A stretch of DNA of 64,000 bases, from contig CM106586.1 of NCBI GenBank assembly GCA_048013815.1, positions 12,958,001-13,022,000 on the forward strand, given 5' to 3'. The DNA is from Setoptus koraiensis (lineage: Eukaryota; Animalia; Arthropoda). The notes beneath the pieces were generated by a model. That model did no database searches. It was not told the DNA's origin and worked only from the letters and a program-made list of their open reading frames with translations. Below, in pieces: positions 11,642-26,124 of the stretch. The translations under genes were made by a program, and so were the position numbers. How positions within the stretch are numbered: the first letter of the stretch is position 1; each line of letters opens with the position of its first letter.

Positions 11642-13033
11642 TTAGTCTTCTTCTGGGTTGTGTGTCATTAGAGTAAAATATCTTGCTGCTCTTATTTTAT
11701 TCTCTGCCTCATTAGCCAATCTTAGCGCATTTATTGAGACACTGGTGTTTGGCGTGGGGCTAATAGCAACACAGTTATTATCCACCTTAGACACAAAAGC
11801 TGCTTTCAAGCTACACATAAAGTATATTATAAATATAGATAATGAGGTGAGAACCATTGCTGTTCCGCCCAGGATTATATAAGTCCAATATTGATGCTGA
11901 TGATTGGAACTATGATTGGCCGACACTGTTGACTGATGGATAACACTCGGTCCCGGATTGCCCGACATGGTGTGTCTGGCCGAAGTGAGATAGGCTACAC
12001 ACGAATTTATAATAGTTTGAGCTGAGGTCTTATGTAGATACAAGCTAGTATCGTGTTCGCAATGAGTCCTAGCATTGAAATTGTGCCTGTAGGAAAGCAT
12101 CCATTCTTGTTCGCAACAATCTACTACTTCAATGTCTATCAAGTGTCCGGGAAAATGTTTAAAGAATTTCTTGAAAGCTCCAAATCTCAACTCCACCGGA
12201 GTGTTGGTAAAATTCAGTAAAACACTAGGCACATCGATGTTGTCGAAGGCACCCGACATTGCCACAATAGCGGGATTGTTACTAAAATCAATGGTAACAT
12301 GTTGAATGGGAGCCGGCGATGGCGATGGCCTCGGATCCTTGTTTGAGAAGGGATGTGCCACGTGACCGGGTCCGATTTGAAATGCACGACTTTGAATGAG
12401 ACCCAATTTGTTATACGACAGATCAATATGTTGGAAACGTTGACCAACAAAAGCATCGCTGTCAATCTCATATATGTGACTGTTGCTCAAGTTTAAATTG
12501 ATAATATCATCATCGGCGTAACTGTTTGCCTTGAGTATCTCTAAATAAGCATAATGAGTCTCATAGGCAAGTGGAGGCGGATGTTGCGGTTGTTGGTTGT
12601 TGGCGCTAGTATTGTACCGTTGGTTATTAATGTTTAGATTTGGTTGTTGCTGCTGGTGCTGTTGTTGTTGTTGTTGTTGTTGAGGGTGTTGTTGAGGGTG
12701 TTGTTGTTGAGGGTATTGTTGTTGTAGGGGGTGCTGTTGTTGTTGGGAATGTGGTTGTTGTTGTTGATTATTTTGATTCTGACCTGATAATGGTGGATTG
12801 TTATTATTATTTAAATTAATATTTGCATTTGTGATTAATATACTGCTTGTTGGGGCCGGAGTATTGGGCTCGTTGTTACTATTGCTGTAAACTAGTGGTG
12901 GCGCTTGTGACACATCAATACTCAAGCATGTTTCGTGTAATAAAATTGAACATAAAACCAACAATATAGACAATGTTCTCTCGATAGATTTTAAAGGTCT
13001 CGATTCCGAAATAAGCGACAACATTCGCGACAT
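11642..13033 (-). CDS. Single-pass leucine-rich-repeat membrane protein with Q/N/P-rich low-complexity ectodomain insert, 463 aa
   Basis: N-terminal hydrophobic stretch (LSILLVLCSILL), QQQHP repeats, LRR units (LNLSNSHIYEIDSDAF; IDLSYNKLGLIQSRAF), Cys-containing LRR-CT-like segment, TM helix (YIILGGTAMVLTSLSIFIIYFMC). Confidence 0.72.
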   Translation of the reverse strand: MSRMLSLISESRPLKSIERTLSILLVLCSILLHETCLSIDVSQAPPLVYSNSNNEPNTPAPTSSILITNANINLNNNNNPPLSGQNQNNQQQQPHSQQQQHPLQQQYPQQQHPQQHPQQQQQQQQHQQQQPNLNINNQRYNTSANNQQPQHPPPLAYETHYAYLEILKANSYADDDIINLNLSNSHIYEIDSDAFVGQRFQHIDLSYNKLGLIQSRAFQIGPGHVAHPFSNKDPRPSPSPAPIQHVTIDFSNNPAIVAMSGAFDNIDVPSVLLNFTNTPVELRFGAFKKFFKHFPGHLIDIEVVDCCEQEWMLSYRHNFNARTHCEHDTSLYLHKTSAQTIINSCVAYLTSARHTMSGNPGPSVIHQSTVSANHSSNHQHQYWTYIILGGTAMVLTSLSIFIIYFMCSLKAAFVSKVDNNCVAISPTPNTSVSINALRLANEAENKIRAARYFTLMTHNPEED

Positions 13034-14183
13034 TGTTACCTCGTAGCGAAATACGATGATAATTTTTCGTTTCAGAGTTAAATGGACAAATGAATGTGAT
13101 AAATGAGTCTACGAACGGATGCGAGATGGAGAGGGAGAGAGAGAGAGAAAAAAAAACTATAACAGTTAGCTCTCTAATTAGCTATCTCGGCAGCACTGCA
13201 TTTTAGTTAATTAGTGATCGATTTTCTTTATTCTAATATAATCTTATGTCTGTGTATGTGTGTTTTGTCATGATGATAATGTGTGATGATGAGTTGGTGA
13301 TGAGATATTGTGATAGTTGTCGCAATGAAGGTAAGTGTACACAACATGACACTCGAAATGAGTCAAACAAAAGCGCTAGCTTGCTTTAATTGTCTGATGA
13401 TAATTGTTCGCCGTGATGAATGTGACTCGCTGAGATCCGATAAATTCAAAAGGAGAGAAATAGAAACAATCGCTCATTAGTGTACAAATATGTGTGGGTG
13501 TTCTTATCTCTCTCTCTCTCTCCCTCTCTCGCGCGCGCTCTGGCCAGATAAGAATGATATCGCATTATTGTTGATATTACACTACTATCGTCATGGTGAT
13601 TAATGTCGCAAGTGCAAATTTTGGTGCCATATCTTTACTATCTAAAACTATCATCTGTTTGATTATTAATTAATAATCTATAGTATTTCTGCTGATTGGT
13701 TGCTGCCTCTCGCCGTCTGATGCTGAGATTGCCAATAATTAATAACAAATGATTGCATGCGTCTGAGAGCATGTATGTCTAGTGCAATGTGATTTGTTTT
13801 TCCCTGGAAGCCAGCACACATTTTGATATTTATACATAGGTGGTGTATCAATTTATAGTGATCGATTGGAGATTTATCTAGAGTCTTCTAGCAATTCGTT
13901 TATCTTCTTTTCAGACGTCTATTCTGTTTCAAGTATTTCGCACTGCACAGTGAAGGCACAATATGTGGTACGGACGGTGGTAGTGGTTGAGCAAAGATTA
14001 CGCAATATATAGATATATAAACACACAATAGTCATAGTTTTGTTTGCAATTGATCCTGCAATTTGTACAACGACATTGCAATGGTCCTGCAATTGAACGA
14101 CTGATCCGAAATGGATTTAGCACAAGTCAATATATCGGGAATGATCTGGGCCCTGTTGTGTAGCGAACGGGATTGTCTTGCTG

Positions 14184-15443
14184 TCAGTTTTGCTGATATT
14201 TGTCCAACAGATAATTGTTGTGCTGTCGCATATTTTCCGAAGTGTTATTCAACATTGTTCGCGACGCGCATGAAATATTTGAAATCATTGTCGAGGTGGA
14301 CACTCGTTGGCGCTCTCTGTGGTTGTCTCTGTCGGACAAAAGTGACTGCGCCACCGTGTTTGTGTCACCGATTGCAGTTGAGCTGCAGTCGTGACTGAAA
14401 GAGGACCCGTTTGTCAGATTGTCGCCGGGCGAATTGTTTTGGTTGCCGTTGACGTAACCGAGTGAACTGTTGCTGTTTCCGGCGTGTCGCTGGCGCCCGT
14501 TGAAGAGGGCGGCGCGATTTGCAACCGCATGATTAGAACCGGTGTTATACTTGTAATTGTTTGCACCAGCGCTAATTGTCTGTTTGTGCAATGCCATTAT
14601 TATCTTGTACAAGCCAACGCCAATCAATGCACCAAAATGGGGCGCCAGTATGCCACACAACCACCAATAGGTGTAATGGTACAAATTGAAGGCTGAGCTG
14701 CCCCAACCGGACAACGATATGTACAGCCGTGGCGCAAAGTCAATGGCCGGATTAATGGCTGGTCCTCCGTTTGCGCAAAATGCCGCAAGCGTCACTAATA
14801 GTGCCATGGCAATGTAAACAGGTTGCAAATATTTTGGTAGACGCACCAGGCGCGATTCATAAATAACTATTAGCAATAGTGAGAAGTGTGCCGTGGCCAA
14901 TGAATAACTTATAAACAATTGCGTCAACGACACCTCTATAGGTGGAAATGTTGTGAAAAACTTGCCAGAGCTCAATATGTTTCCGTGTGCCCTCAATGTC
15001 ATGTTCATACCGTTTAAGAGTCCCTCCGCGTGCCTATGCGCTATCTTGTCATTGTATGTGATGTGAAGAAAACAGGCGGCCACGAAACTGCCACTGTACT
15101 GGCCCAACAGGTAAATGGGCACCTTGTGCCAATTGAGATGACCGAATGTGGCCGCGGCCAGCGTGAAGGCCGGATTTAGGTGTGCGCCGGACACTGACAG
15201 TGTTAATAGAACGGCCACTAGTAGCGACAAACTGTAACAAATAAGAGTGGCCAACAATTTAATACTAGTCTCACTTTGTGTTCCCGTAAATTCAAATGAC
15301 GTAATAATACATTGGCCAATATAAGCAAATATAAATGTTCCCAGGAATTCCGAGGAGAATAATTTCACCAGCGAGTTGCTTCTGTCTGTGTAGGCCGGAT
15401 AATCGTGCTCGACGAGTGTCTTGATGCTCTTGGAGTCGTCCAT
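14184..15443 (-). CDS. Aquaglyceroporin (AQP3/7/9/10-like MIP channel), intronless, with long S/N-rich C-tail
   Basis: EFLGTF, SVSGAHLNPAFT, GQYSGSF, second box AINPAIDFAPRLY...GWG, WW..GILAPHFGALIG. First ATG (MDDSKS) at 15443; the ORF-track start at 15587 is a non-ATG codon. Confidence 0.92.
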   Translation of the reverse strand: MDDSKSIKTLVEHDYPAYTDRSNSLVKLFSSEFLGTFIFAYIGQCIITSFEFTGTQSETSIKLLATLICYSLSLLVAVLLTLSVSGAHLNPAFTLAAATFGHLNWHKVPIYLLGQYSGSFVAACFLHITYNDKIAHRHAEGLLNGMNMTLRAHGNILSSGKFFTTFPPIEVSLTQLFISYSLATAHFSLLLIVIYESRLVRLPKYLQPVYIAMALLVTLAAFCANGGPAINPAIDFAPRLYISLSGWGSSAFNLYHYTYWWLCGILAPHFGALIGVGLYKIIMALHKQTISAGANNYKYNTGSNHAVANRAALFNGRQRHAGNSNSSLGYVNGNQNNSPGDNLTNGSSFSHDCSSTAIGDTNTVAQSLLSDRDNHRERQRVSTSTMISNISCASRTMLNNTSENMRQHNNYLLDKYQQN

Positions 15444-15477
15444 TGTGACAGGCGGCCGCTGATGCAAATGATTGTCG

Positions 15478-15570
15478 GCCGCTGATGGTCGGCTGCTGAT
15501 GGTCGGCTGCTGATGGCTGTCGGCTGCTGATGGTCGGCTGCTGATGGTCGGCTGCTGATGGCTGTCGGCT
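15478..15570. repeat. ~45-bp tandem duplication built from 14-17 bp gctgatgg(c)tcggct subunits just 5' of the aquaporin ATG
   Basis: gctgatggtcggctgctgatggtcggctgctgatggctgtcggct occurs twice. Confidence 0.85.
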
Positions 15571-18500
15571 GGCTGGCCGGCCAACAATGATACAACAATT
15601 AGCTAATCGCGATTAAAACTCGGCTCGCCAAATGTAGGTGTCAGTGTTTGAGTTGTTGTTGTTGTTGTTGTTTGTTTCGTTCAACTGTGATCTACTGTGG
15701 GCAACTGTGTTCAATTAAGGGCGCAAAATAAAGCTCCAAGAGAGCGTAATCTATGCAATTGTGGCCGGCATTATCAGCTAGTAGCCGGCGAGATGTGAGA
15801 GTGAGTTTTTGTCGACGGAGTACAGATAGGAGCGCAAACGAGAGCACCAACAATGGCAACAATTCATTTACTATTGTAAATAATAATAATAATAATAAGT
15901 AAGTCTCAAGTGAAAATTGCTGGCTTGCAAAATTTGGCTATGTACTGGCTGGCTGTATTAGTGGTGTGACGTTGCCATTATCTAACTAAACATTATCATC
16001 AGATATATAGCTGCCACAGATATAAATATTTAGCTGCCACAGAGTTGCGTTTTATCGAGCTAGTCGCTGAAAATTGTGCGATGTGCATGCTAGCATCATA
16101 AATAACTATTCATCGATTTGGTTAATAATAATTTAATGCTCATGTTGTTTTTGCTGATGAAGTTGTTGTTGTTGTTGCTCAATGCGACTATTAGCCGTAG
16201 TTTCATCGTGATATTTCCTTGTCCCTGTTTGCGCTGATGCCTCTCGTTCACTATCTATTAGCAGCGGCGGCAGCAGCAGCAGCTCTCTATTCGCTGTTAA
16301 GCCCTCGTCGGCGCGATACATGCAACAGACGGATATTTTCTGCAGCTTATTTGGTCTAGTCACTGTTGGCGTGTGATATATTGACGGCGGTGATATATGC
16401 TGATTGAGTCGTCTGAAACTGTTCGCCAATTGTGGCAGCATCAATTGACATTGTTCTGTTGGTTGCAAGTGCGCCAATGAGCAGCACACACAAAACTCGA
16501 AAATTCAATTCCGAAAATTTCTTCCAACTCGCGAAAAAATTTTTTTTTTCTTTCGTCGCTTGTTCGTCGTTGTTTTTTTGCCGCAAACAACCGCAAAAGC
16601 AGTTGACACACACACACACACACACACACGCTTCGAGAAACGACGCTGCTTCTGTCTAATATCGTAATTGTCTAAATTGGCCTATAAACATAATAATATA
16701 CAAATACAAACTGTGAGCCCGAAACTGGTTAGTGCTTGTCAATTAGCGCCACTTGTGTTTCGAATCAGTGTGCGACCAGTTAGTGCGTCTGCCGCCATAT
16801 GCCAATCAATAACGATCAATCTAATGAGTCCAGTTGAGGCTACACACAATATGCTGGCTGCTCGTCATGAGAGAATCGTTATTTTAAAGTGCTAGTTACA
16901 CTTAATTAATTGCGGAGCAAACTTGCAGCAACTGACACACACTTAACACACAGCAAAACACATAGAGAAACGGGACAGAGATTGTTTATTCTCGGTGTGT
17001 TCTTTATTTGCATTTGCATCTTGTATACACATGTTCATTTTTCTGAGAAGCCACAACTGACAGCGACTGTATCGCTCATTTGATTATTATCAGCGATGAG
17101 TTTTCAGAACAAACAAACGCATTTAACGCGCTGGTCCGCGCATTGAGTGCACACTCAAACTGACAAACTTTCTCTCGCTCTCTCCCTCGCTCTTTCATTA
17201 GCATTTGATCCCATTTCGAGTATAGCACGGCTCACTTCAACTGCTCCGGCGACAAGTGCATGCCGTCGCTTGCCTGCACGCCAGTTGCAGCCGAACACGA
17301 ACAAACAGAAAAAAAGAAACGAAAACAAAAGAACGAAATGAGACGAAATGCAAAGAGAGACCAAAGGAAAAGAACGACAACACATGGCCTTGTTCTCACG
17401 TGATCTCACATGTTGCTTGTTGCGGCCATCACTGGAAGCCGTGCCCGTGACAAAGCACAAGAAATCAATCATTCCATCGACTTGTTGCCTGCCACCACAA
17501 ACCACGCGGCCCCTAACACAACTTCCGGTCATCAAACAGCCCGCTCTGTGTGTCGACGGCCGCTCATCGCACATCGCGACGCAGCCGCTGACTGTTGCCA
17601 GGCCGACGGGCAAACAACAATATTTTGCTCGTTGATTGATAATTAACTTATTTGGTAGTTGGTTGCATAACGACACAACATTTTGCACAACATTGTGCGC
17701 GCCGTTTGTCGCCGAGATTGTTTGTGTGCTCAAATTGAATTGTGAATTTAATTTAATTTCAACTTGCCATGCTTGTTAACGGGCGTGCAAAATAGCGTGA
17801 CATTGCCGCTTGGCAAGCTATTTAGCTCACACGGCGACTGTTGTCACACACCACAAACAGTTTCTATTATTGTCTACAATTTTGCAATTACAAGCAAACA
17901 AACAATCCGAAACAATTCTCAAAGCGCATCATTATTGTTTATTTCTCATATCAGTGAGCGTGTTTGCTCTACGGATAAACGGCGGCACTTTTCAGTTGTT
18001 GAACCTCAACAGTTGAGGTTATTTTTCATACTTTTGGCGCTTCTCAATCTGGCGTGTCTGATGATATTGCAAGCTTTTTCATCGAGCGTATCCTTAAGTG
18101 TGTAATTGCTTCGTGTAGGCTCACAAAGAGTACACATATCAAATTGAATATCTTGATCGCATTCTCTCAAATCTTATAACTGTCTGTCTGTCTGTGCACA
18201 ACGTTAATCCCCTCCACTGATGGGCCTCAACACTCTGTTGTCATTCCAATGAAGACAGAGTGCGGTGTGCGTCACAAAATGACACATCTCATCTAATCCC
18301 AACAAATTTGCTCTAATGACGATTGTCAATGTCATCCATCGAGAGGGCCCAGGCACATCAGTTCACGTCTAACCGCGACAACTCAATCGACTAGATGGCG
18401 ACACTGACATTTCACTTGTCAGCTAAAGTTTTCAATGCTAAACAACGTTTTTCCAGTTACATACGTATATATACATGAAAGAAAAATCTTCACGCCGCTA

Positions 18501-21500
18501 ATTGCAACTTTGCTCGTTTTCGCCAGCTGCAAATTCGCAAATTGTGCCGCGTTGATTGACGAAAAATACTTGACACGTAAATTCAGATGCACAAAACGAC
18601 TTGTTGAATTCTGTGGCGATTTTCGTGCAACATTTCCGCAATCTTGGCGAGCAGTAAAATTGCCGAAATAAAAAAGTGCGCTTCCGAATTGTTTTGCCTT
18701 GGCCGCTGTTTTTTCTCTCAATCTGTCCTATTGATCCATCATAAATCCATCATTCGACTCGACCATGAAATCACAGACCCACCGAAATATCGATATATCA
18801 GACCGGAAGTGGCAGATAACACCAGGTAACCAGGTTTGAGAATTCAGTTTGTGGCAGATTAACTTGCAGTTTTGATATATTTACTTAATGCACAATGTTT
18901 ACAAGTTGCAACAAAATTGCCAATTTCAGGCAAGACCTTCGGATGCACCGTATGACTGCTTGCTCCATCTTTGGAGCGAAACTGCTATTACAGTTTGTAG
19001 AAAATCTTCTATTTCGGCAAGCTTCATCTAACAGAACAGCATCACATCAGAACGTCTCTTCAATTGGCGAACGGTTCCATTTGAAGACACATGATTCAAC
19101 CATATTGCCATATAGTGAAATTTATGCCGGACCAATCAAGTGAATAAGATTCATTAATGGTAGCTGACGGAAACTTGATAACCAGTGGCAAGTCGTAAAG
19201 GTGGCAACCGGAAACAGAAACTAAGGCAGCTCCAAGTTGACCATCGCCAATGATTGCACATAAATAAAGATGGGACACGGTTGCATGACGCTCAACTAGA
19301 GAAGCAATATCTGTCAAACAAGGCCATTGAAATTTCATGGCGCTTGCGGAAATCTCAAGTTCGTTTCGGATAAAGAGAGTTATCGGGATTATCGAAACTA
19401 GTCATGGCTAGAACCGATAGCCATGCTCAAACAGAAGCGTTCGTGCCAATTGGAAAGGGTCGTTGTGGCAACAAGCAAACAAACGACAGTTAATTAATTA
19501 ATCAAGGTCTCATGTAGGTCGAAAGAGTTACATGAGACCTGAGTTAGTTAGTAGATTTGCATAAGTGTATCTTTTAAGTTATTGGTTGACAGCAGCGGAA
19601 AATCTATGTTGCTCTAGTTCAGCTAAAAGCATATATATTTACTCATATATTTATACATTGTATATTTACTTGAACGATACAGAGCACAATGTTCATATCA
19701 TCTGGACAGTAAAAATCTCTAATCTCTTAATTTATCTGCGTTCTAATCTAAATTGTTGCAATTCAAATGAGCCGAGTGCCAGACAGATTCTCATTTGCAT
19801 ATTTACTCTCTGTCTACTACTCAATGATTTGGTTGACAAATATTGGCCGCATATGAGCGACGACGCCGACAGTGTGAATTTGGACAACAAGCCAGCAATT
19901 GAAACGGTCAGCGTTGATACAATGAAAATGTTGAAGTGGCCCAAGTGAGTGCAATATGTCCCTGTCTACTGGTCGTATATATAGCCGCCATCATGTATTG
20001 ATTGGATGATTGATTATTGGCCTGATGGAATAAACATTGGTGTACAATAATCAACAATTTTATCCGACTACAAGTGAGTGCGATTGACAACATTTGAGGT
20101 CGATGCACAAGATATTAACAAGCAGCAGCAGCAGCCTATTAAAAGATTGGCAAGATTCGATTGTTAGATAATATTCTGATGGTACAACTGTCATGTAGAG
20201 GCGCAAGTATCAGCGCATGTCGATGGAAGTATTCAACAGAAAATTATCCCCTCGCCCATTACCTGACAACGACGACAACAAAAGCAAGCTGCTTGTTTAG
20301 ATTATAATGATGCAAACCACAGCTGCCGTCGATGATACTTGTGGCGAATCTGTTTGTTTGTCAAATAATATATCACGATTGGTGCATCTGGTGCAAATCG
20401 CAAATCTACAAGTGTCTGTACCACACAACTAGTCTGTGTTTGTTTATTATTGTGATTGTGTACACTTATCATAATTATAATGTGTGACATATTAACTATG
20501 TTTTCTCTATTGTTTTGTCGTTGTTCACGTGTAAAACAACCTCATCAGTCCAGTTTCGATGGCAAGATAGACGCGCTCAATGGTGATTAGGATCATAAGT
20601 CACTGATCATCGCTGATGATCAATCGACAATGACAATTCACTGACTTTATCGCTTGCTTTAGGTTGTGTGGCTTATTGTTGTTGGTTGAAATAAAACAAA
20701 ATCCGGTTCGTTTCATGCAACAAGTTCTTTTGTCATAGATGCCAATCTAGTCTGATGCCTGCTGGTAGTAGTTGGTTGTTTATGATAAATATTGTTTGCA
20801 ATAATTATCACAAGATAACTACGCATACTTGATCTCAATTTGTGTGTCATCATCATCATCCTGTCTCAAGTTCCCGGCACTTCATCATCAATTGATGGCA
20901 ATTACAAATGACAACGATTGCCTGTTTGGTTGCTTGCTTGCTTGTTGCTGAACGTACTTATCGGTTTGGCACATGGCATACAATAAATAAAATTGATTAA
21001 TCACAATTGATTAATAATCACAATCATTATCAATCGATCGCGTGGCCCAACTATGGTAATAATTATGGTTAGTTGCCAAAGAGATTACATTTAAGAGATG
21101 ATGATAACCACCATTTGGCCTATATCATCATCATTGCACCACTGCAACAGCATTTCTTCTTCTTCTTCTTTCATTATCTATTATTATTCTTTCTCTTTCC
21201 ACAATCTTTGATGGCTTTTTATTTTGCTATCTCCAATCATGCAATCAATACCACAGATCTACTGCCATGTCGACTACTTAAACGATGAACAAAATCTACA
21301 TTTACTCATACACACACATGCCATGATTTGTGACAAAAACAACAACAACCTCATCATCATTAAATCAACTACAAATTTATTTATTGCTGGTATCATGGTT
21401 GTTGTTGGCAAACTAAATCACTAATAGTAAACCAACACCCGTGCAAATACCCGCACATGTACTCGGCAGCATTCATTTGTTGCGCTCGTGTTTCTGGCTC

Positions 21501-23645
21501 GTAATTGAGATATTTACTATACACTTTAACTATACTATCTAGTGGATGTTGTTGTTGTATCAAGGATTATCACAAATACAATGCCAACGATTAATCACTT
21601 GATGTTACCGTGACATGCGTGACTACTTGAGCAACAAGAGCATTAAGGTTACCAGTCACAGGTACAAACAATAATAGATTCTTCTAGGCCTTGTCCTGCA
21701 AATATGTCACTGTAAATATCGGCAAATTTGTCACTCCAAAGAAAACTTTTCCCTGCAAGCTCATCTTTCCGAACTCAATCTTACCAATCAATATTTACTT
21801 ATTTTGTTCTTCTGACAACAATTAATCTAATTATTTATCCACAATTAGATATCAGCCAGTAGCGTAATGAGCTCTATCTGTATAGGCGATTTTATTTTTT
21901 ATATATTATTTATTATATTATTGTTTATTTCAATAATCTTGCACCGTGAGCTTGTCGCTGGCCTCACCAAACTGATCGACTAACCATGGAACCGGTTAGA
22001 GTGCAGTCAATTGTGACACACAAACGACTCTGATTGCTCGCGCCTATTCGCCTCAATTCACGAGCGTCTCACAAGGCAAGATGATCTGCAGATAATCTAT
22101 TGATTCAATGCGATATTCTAATGACATGAGCAACCTATCTAATGTTGCGATCGAAACACAATCACTATCAGCATCATCGAAACCAGATTTTGCAACAAAT
22201 ATACTGCTATAATGCTAGTCAACATATTATTTTGTTGATTGCGTGCGGTCGAGCTGAAAACATTGCGACACATTTTAATGAATGCACAAACAAACAACAA
22301 GAAGTTTAACCGATAAACTTAATGGCCCCGCGATTACAACTAATTGATATATATATATATCAATTAGTGATTGCCCAACACAATTGATCACGATTCTCGT
22401 TTTGTTAGATATATACCCTGCTATTGACAAGAGAGGCTGCGCGCGCCAAGCTTCTGTGTGTGTGTGTGATGTAACACAATCTGTGTCTCTTGGCCAACTA
22501 GTCTTGGCAAGCTAGTCTTGGCGAGCTAGTCTTAGCGAGCTTCTTTTGACTGGCTGTGCCCAAGTTACTCTGAAGGTGAACAAGAACAGATTTGTGTTCT
22601 GTGCGACGCCATGTGCTTGTCGACGGCAAGACAGCTCTGGCCGACGATATATAGGGAGATATTGAATGTATAGCATATAGCACCCTTTATTTGCTGATTT
22701 CCATTCGGCATTCGTCAATGCAGCATGGATATAACATGGATATAAAATAATATATACAATTATATATACCTTTATATATATATGAAAATATCTTCAACAA
22801 CAAGCCCATTATATAGTGTGTAGCGCCAATATGGCTATGACGCGACAATAACCATGATGATCATCATTATCCACCCACACGCACTAATCAAACAAATAGA
22901 TGATGATTGTGATGACAAGTGGGTATTGTACATATATAATAATTATCAATGAATTATCTCTATAGAAACTAAGTCTTTACTCTAGAGATACCACCGATAT
23001 CATCTACTAGCTACTAGGTACCATGACTCTATCATTGTTTATTTGTACATATTCTAACAACAATATAGTAGTGTGATGAAATGACTAGATAGCGGCAATT
23101 AAGCGATAAGCACAGTAAAAATAACAATAACACCAATATAACTTATTATTATTATTATTATTACCAATTAAATGATGATAGGATAGATTATTATTATGGT
23201 GACATTATTATCGTTATTGTGGTGGCGGATGAATTCTTCGTCCCGTTTATCTATCTCATTCGATCTCATCAGGGCTCAAGATAATTTCAATAATGATCAT
23301 GGAAGGATCATTCAGATGCGATCTACTGATCAAATGAAAATTAACAAACAACAACAACAACAACTACCATCACCATCTAAATAGTAGTAGCAGTAGTAGT
23401 ATCAATGTTACTCAATTGCCTATTCTGGTGAAGATCAACTATGATCGCTGGTTGTCTATTTCACTATATAAGCTCGCATCACCGGTCAGCCATGGATTAT
23501 AAGACCCACAGTCAACAAATAGTAACAACAACACCCAATTATAATAATGCCAAGGCTCTGTCATTAATTACTAGTCAGCAACAGCAATCATCCAAGTCTA
23601 GTCTTTCATAAGGGATACTTTCATTACGCTTCACACCTACACGAG

Positions 23646-25734
<2,089 letters not shown>

Positions 25735-25887
25735 TGTAAATTAGTTTGTGATGCGATGTGACGTAAATTGAGGCCCACATCAAATTTATATCGGCAGTCG
25801 ATACAATCTTGGACTTTATTCAATAGGTGTATCGCGCACAGTAATGAAATCTGCGGATCTTCAGCCTAAACTCCCTCTGAGTCTATT

Positions 25888-26124
25888 GAATGCTCCACTC
25901 AGGTTTCCAACTCATCGATACCGTTTTTATGAAAATTTTTGGAATTCGTCCCGGAGGACAACGCGACCAGGGCCTCTTTTGGTTTCTCTCCAGTGGGTTT
26001 ATCACCAGAATTTTCTCACTGAAGAAAGGCCATGAGAGGCCCTGGTCGCGTTGTCGTCCGAGTCAAATCCCAAACAGTTTCATTGAAACGTTATCGATGA
26101 ATTGAAAACCTGTTTGAAACATTC
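25888..26124. repeat. Inverted repeat (foldback): 90-bp arms 25888-25977 and 26035-26124, 57-nt spacer
   Basis: Gapless alignment of the left arm to the reverse complement of the right arm with 16 differences; the innermost 21 bp (gacaacgcgaccagggcctct) are perfect. Confidence 0.9.
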
